A stretch of DNA of 25,202 nucleotides from an uncultured Gammaproteobacteria bacterium (GTDB lineage Bacteria; Patescibacteriota; Patescibacteriia; UBA9934; GWF2-40-263), in NCBI GenBank assembly GCA_964373605.1, contig CAYJVQ010000002.1, positions 1 to 25,202 on the forward strand, in the 5' to 3' direction. How positions within the stretch are numbered: position 1 is the first letter of the stretch; each line of letters opens with the position of its first letter. The translations under genes and the position numbers were made by a program. Shown here piece after piece: positions 25,172 through 25,202 of the stretch. The notes under the pieces were generated by a model. It was given only the letters and a program-made list of their open reading frames with translations, did no database searches and had not been told where the DNA came from.

Positions 25172-25202
25172 ACGATGGAAACGGAAAAACATAATGCGAG
25201 AC

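Noticed and set aside
1-25202. CRISPR array, rRNA, intein in DnaE/RecG/RadA, programmed frameshift
   Set aside because: No regularly spaced direct repeats, no rRNA-like sequence, protein lengths are typical, and homopolymer runs (e.g. A9 at 16498-16506) lie in intact frames.

Overview
A 25.2-kb housekeeping-rich chromosomal segment, probably from a Patescibacteria (CPR) genome of the Parcubacteria/ABY1 type. The taxonomy is an inference from gene content, CPR-type membrane proteins and the tRNA-Arg(GCG). Left arm (minus strand): HAD-IIB hydrolase, tyrS, rseP, pheS, pheT and a small membrane protein, then dnaE and a membrane-anchored baseplate-J-like protein, with a 70-bp MITE-like inverted-repeat element between the last two. 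Centre (plus strand): a tightly packed ~9.3-kb probable operon behind a near-consensus sigma70 promoter, containing lemA, htpX, clpC, a membrane protein, a membrane-anchored beta-propeller, dsbA, a pilin/M15-peptidase fusion and radA. Right arm: recG and a coiled-coil protein (minus), tRNA-Arg(GCG), a small membrane protein and tRNA-Ser(GCT). The best candidate for a novel system is the DsbA-coupled, 12-cysteine VirB2/TrbC-like pilin that carries an intact extracytoplasmic Zn-dependent M15 peptidoglycan-peptidase domain, together with its propeller and membrane neighbours. No CRISPR array, integrase or transposase is visible. All family assignments come from motif recognition by eye; no database searches were run.
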